A DNA stretch of 64,000 nt, from NCBI GenBank assembly GCA_047967505.1, contig CM106538.1; one strand, written 5' to 3'. The notes below the pieces were generated by a model, which searched no databases, was not told the DNA's origin, and worked only from the letters and a program-made list of their open reading frames with translations. This DNA is from Dipteris shenzhenensis (taxonomy: Eukaryota). Of the stretch, positions 61,316 to 64,000 are shown one piece after another (positions within the stretch are counted from its first letter, which is position 1; each line of letters opens with the position of its first letter). Made by a program: the position numbers and the translations under genes.

Positions 61316-62526
61316 ACCAAATTGTAAATAACTTCATGGCATGGATTAGAGTACTTTAGGACTCCTCAAATTTTTCCAATGAGAGTACCATGCTTACCTA
61401 GTAAAGCCCACTGCCCTACAATACCTACCTTGCAACCTATAAGTCTTAGAGTAAAGACTCCAATGGTTGCAACTATATGGCCATGGCAATGAGGATGCCA
61501 AACATGTATTCAATCACCTTTTTAGCTAAAACATCAAATGATATCCCCCAACTGACATCATAGTCTTGTGTAATAATATCTTAGAAGCTCTTCAGAAGAT
61601 GATTCAAACTGGCATCAGCTAGTTTGATGATTCTCATATAGACTATCCCACCACTATCCATGAAGTAGCTACAGACAATGCCTTGGGGGGGTCACCCATC
61701 ATAGGTAACCATATCACGTGAGCTCAACAGAAGGTTATTTATAATTCCTAAATTTTACAAAAAATAATTTACATAAGGGAGTATTTAAAGTAATTTTGAA
61801 AAAAAAGTACTGATTTGTATAGAAAGGTTAAGAAATTTTTTACAGATAAAGGATTTTACAAATATGCTAGATACACAAGGGGGGGGGAGCATAACAGATA
61901 GACAAGGGGTGGATACATAAGGCCGGATAACACCTAGGTCCCAAAAACAGATGTAGAAGTTGGCTGATAGCCTCAATGGTGGCTACCTTTTTTTAAGCAT
62001 GAGGCATTGAACGGTGGAGAGACCCAACATATATGCTTCTATGATGCTGTTGGAGTTGGCCTGATTTTGAGAACATGCCATGTAGCTGATCCCAACAGTT
62101 TGATTTTTGGGAAGCAGGATCATATTATGCTTTGGCCACTCAGATGGAAGAGTTCCAATACCACATTTGCCTTGGTCCCACATCTGGCAGTCATGGGCAC
62201 TATGCATTTTTTCCAACTAATCATTTTTCTTAGGGAAATTTTGACAATCGAACCCCCGACAAAGGAGAATCATCAATAGCTCTGATAAAACATTGTGTTC
62301 AACTTAAACAAGGGGCCTCTATTTCCCCAAGTTATGTAGTTGCATATCCATGTCCGAAATCTTCATGCTCACCACATCCAGACCTTTGAAAACATATTTG
62401 AGACACATTTTTGAAAGCCTCTCCATCCATTATGCCACATCTCCCACATGCTATTTGATGATCATCGAATCATGAACAATTCCCTTAAGTCAAACATTAT
62501 GCTCCGCACACAATCTAGGGATGGAT

Positions 62527-62975
62527 TGTGAATGGGAAGGGGGGCATGTTAACTGCAATGGTTAACAGGTCATGTAAGCACCTCATATGATTATAATGAC
62601 AAGTGGAGAAGTACAAGAGGGTGTGAGGTAGGTGATATGCTATTTGCCTTAGAGTCATATGGGCCCAAGTGCTTGTAACAAGAGAGTGAGAGACGTGAAA
62701 GAGAATACAAGGGTTAGCCCTCCCTTCAAAAGGTGGATTGTATAAAAGGCCAGAAGCTTGAGTTTGGTCTTCATTGTGTACATGCAACATTTGGAATACA
62801 AGCTCTCTCATCCTCATCATTCTCTTGTGAGTGCAACTTCTTGCTTCCATTGTGTGTTGCCTTGTAATTTCCACTCCTCTCCCTTCACACTTCCCTTCCA
62901 CTTCTTATCCCCATTACCTCCTCTCTTTCCCCTTCCATTTGTCCCTCTTCCTCTCTTCACTCTTGTGGAATCACA
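62527..62975 (+). repeat. Possible LTR-like segment
   Basis: TGTGA...TCACA termini, TATAAAA near 62741, pyrimidine-rich 3' part; no TSD, PBS or partner found. Confidence 0.3.
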
Positions 62976-64000
62976 CTGACACAATCTAGTAGACACTTGT
63001 GTGACACAAGTGCAAGGCTCGTGTATACAAAGCTCCCTCAAGGAGTTTCTTAGGAGTGGAGACTTTGATGACATTCTTCCAAAATCCCCATGACAAATGA
63101 GTCACCGCCAAACTATATAGAATTTGACCTAACATGAAAACCTTTGAATGACCTAAGATGTGGTCATTATAGAGCATAACTACATGGAGATAGATGTCCA
63201 TGTCTTCAATGTCAATGCCTCATCCTCACCTCATCCATTGGCCACCTAGATCCTCATCAACTTCGCAAGGGCAAGCAAGTTTGATAAGATAAGGTCACTC
63301 TGGCATCTAAGTGGCACCATTTTTAAATCATTTGTTACACATGATGACAATGATTGATTCAAAGGAAGACTCTAAATGGAATGCACTATGGCACATGCCT
63401 CTGAGACATTCACTAAGGAATATGTAAGATAACATGTGCATTCATAAGAATGGGTTTAGTGATTGGATACTTTACACTTGTTTTATACAAAAGGGATAAA
63501 GTTGATAATTTGTGAAGGATTTTGATAAAATCCCTATTTATAGTAAGGCTATTAACTTGACCCTTTGAGGCTCGAGCACACATGTTATCTATTGAATAGT
63601 GAAATCCTTCAGACACATGTCCGCACTATTGTGTGAGGGAGAAGCAATGCATTTTTTTAACAAAAACAATGTAAACAACCTTGTGCTCTTATTATAAGTA
63701 GACGATAAAAATAGTGCATATTACCTACATACATCTACCTAATTCTATGACAAGTACCAATCTCCTAGGTGACTCCAAGGAGTTCAAGAAAGGTGCTTGC
63801 TGTGCACCATTTCTACCTTTCACATAATTTGAAACATGACACCTTGCTCTTTTATTGCATTGAGATTGGTTAACCCACCTACACAAAACAAAGATGGTCC
63901 TTCCTCTCAATTCAAATAAGACCATGGATTCCAATTTGCCACCACAAGGTTTAAATCCCTAACTACTCTAAACATGAGGTGGAATTTCTTTGGGTCCAAA

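Overview
Eukaryotic, plant-type heterochromatin made almost entirely of nested transposable elements. I can support no host protein-coding gene, tRNA, rRNA or CRISPR array. tRNA-Met PBSs, TTTAGGG-like repeats, a CACTA transposase and an RTEX-like LINE suggest a large land-plant genome, possibly a fern (inference only). From left to right: (1) 1-15175, a minus-strand non-coding LTR element hosting a degenerate Ty3/Gypsy chromovirus, an internally deleted Ty1/Copia, and a 5'-truncated L1 (14-bp TSD) that itself carries a gag-only LTR element; (2) an RTEX-like LINE remnant, a Helitron-like 5' end and a CACTA left TIR; (3) a truncated Athila/Tat-like element whose Gag has four zinc knuckles; (4) several degenerate Copia copies, two complete non-coding LTR elements with TSDs, two solo LTRs, and a CACTA Tnp2 pseudogene with a MITE in one intron; (5) one young, apparently intact Copia at 49870-55349 (single 1448-aa ORF, LTRs differing at 3 sites, TSD GAAGG); (6) two 1.4-kb repeats carrying telomere-like arrays and an RT-deleted L1. 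The most interesting pattern is a set of non-autonomous LTR elements that mix LTR halves and share a leader with a coding Copia family. All boundaries and identities were read by eye; no alignment or database search was run.
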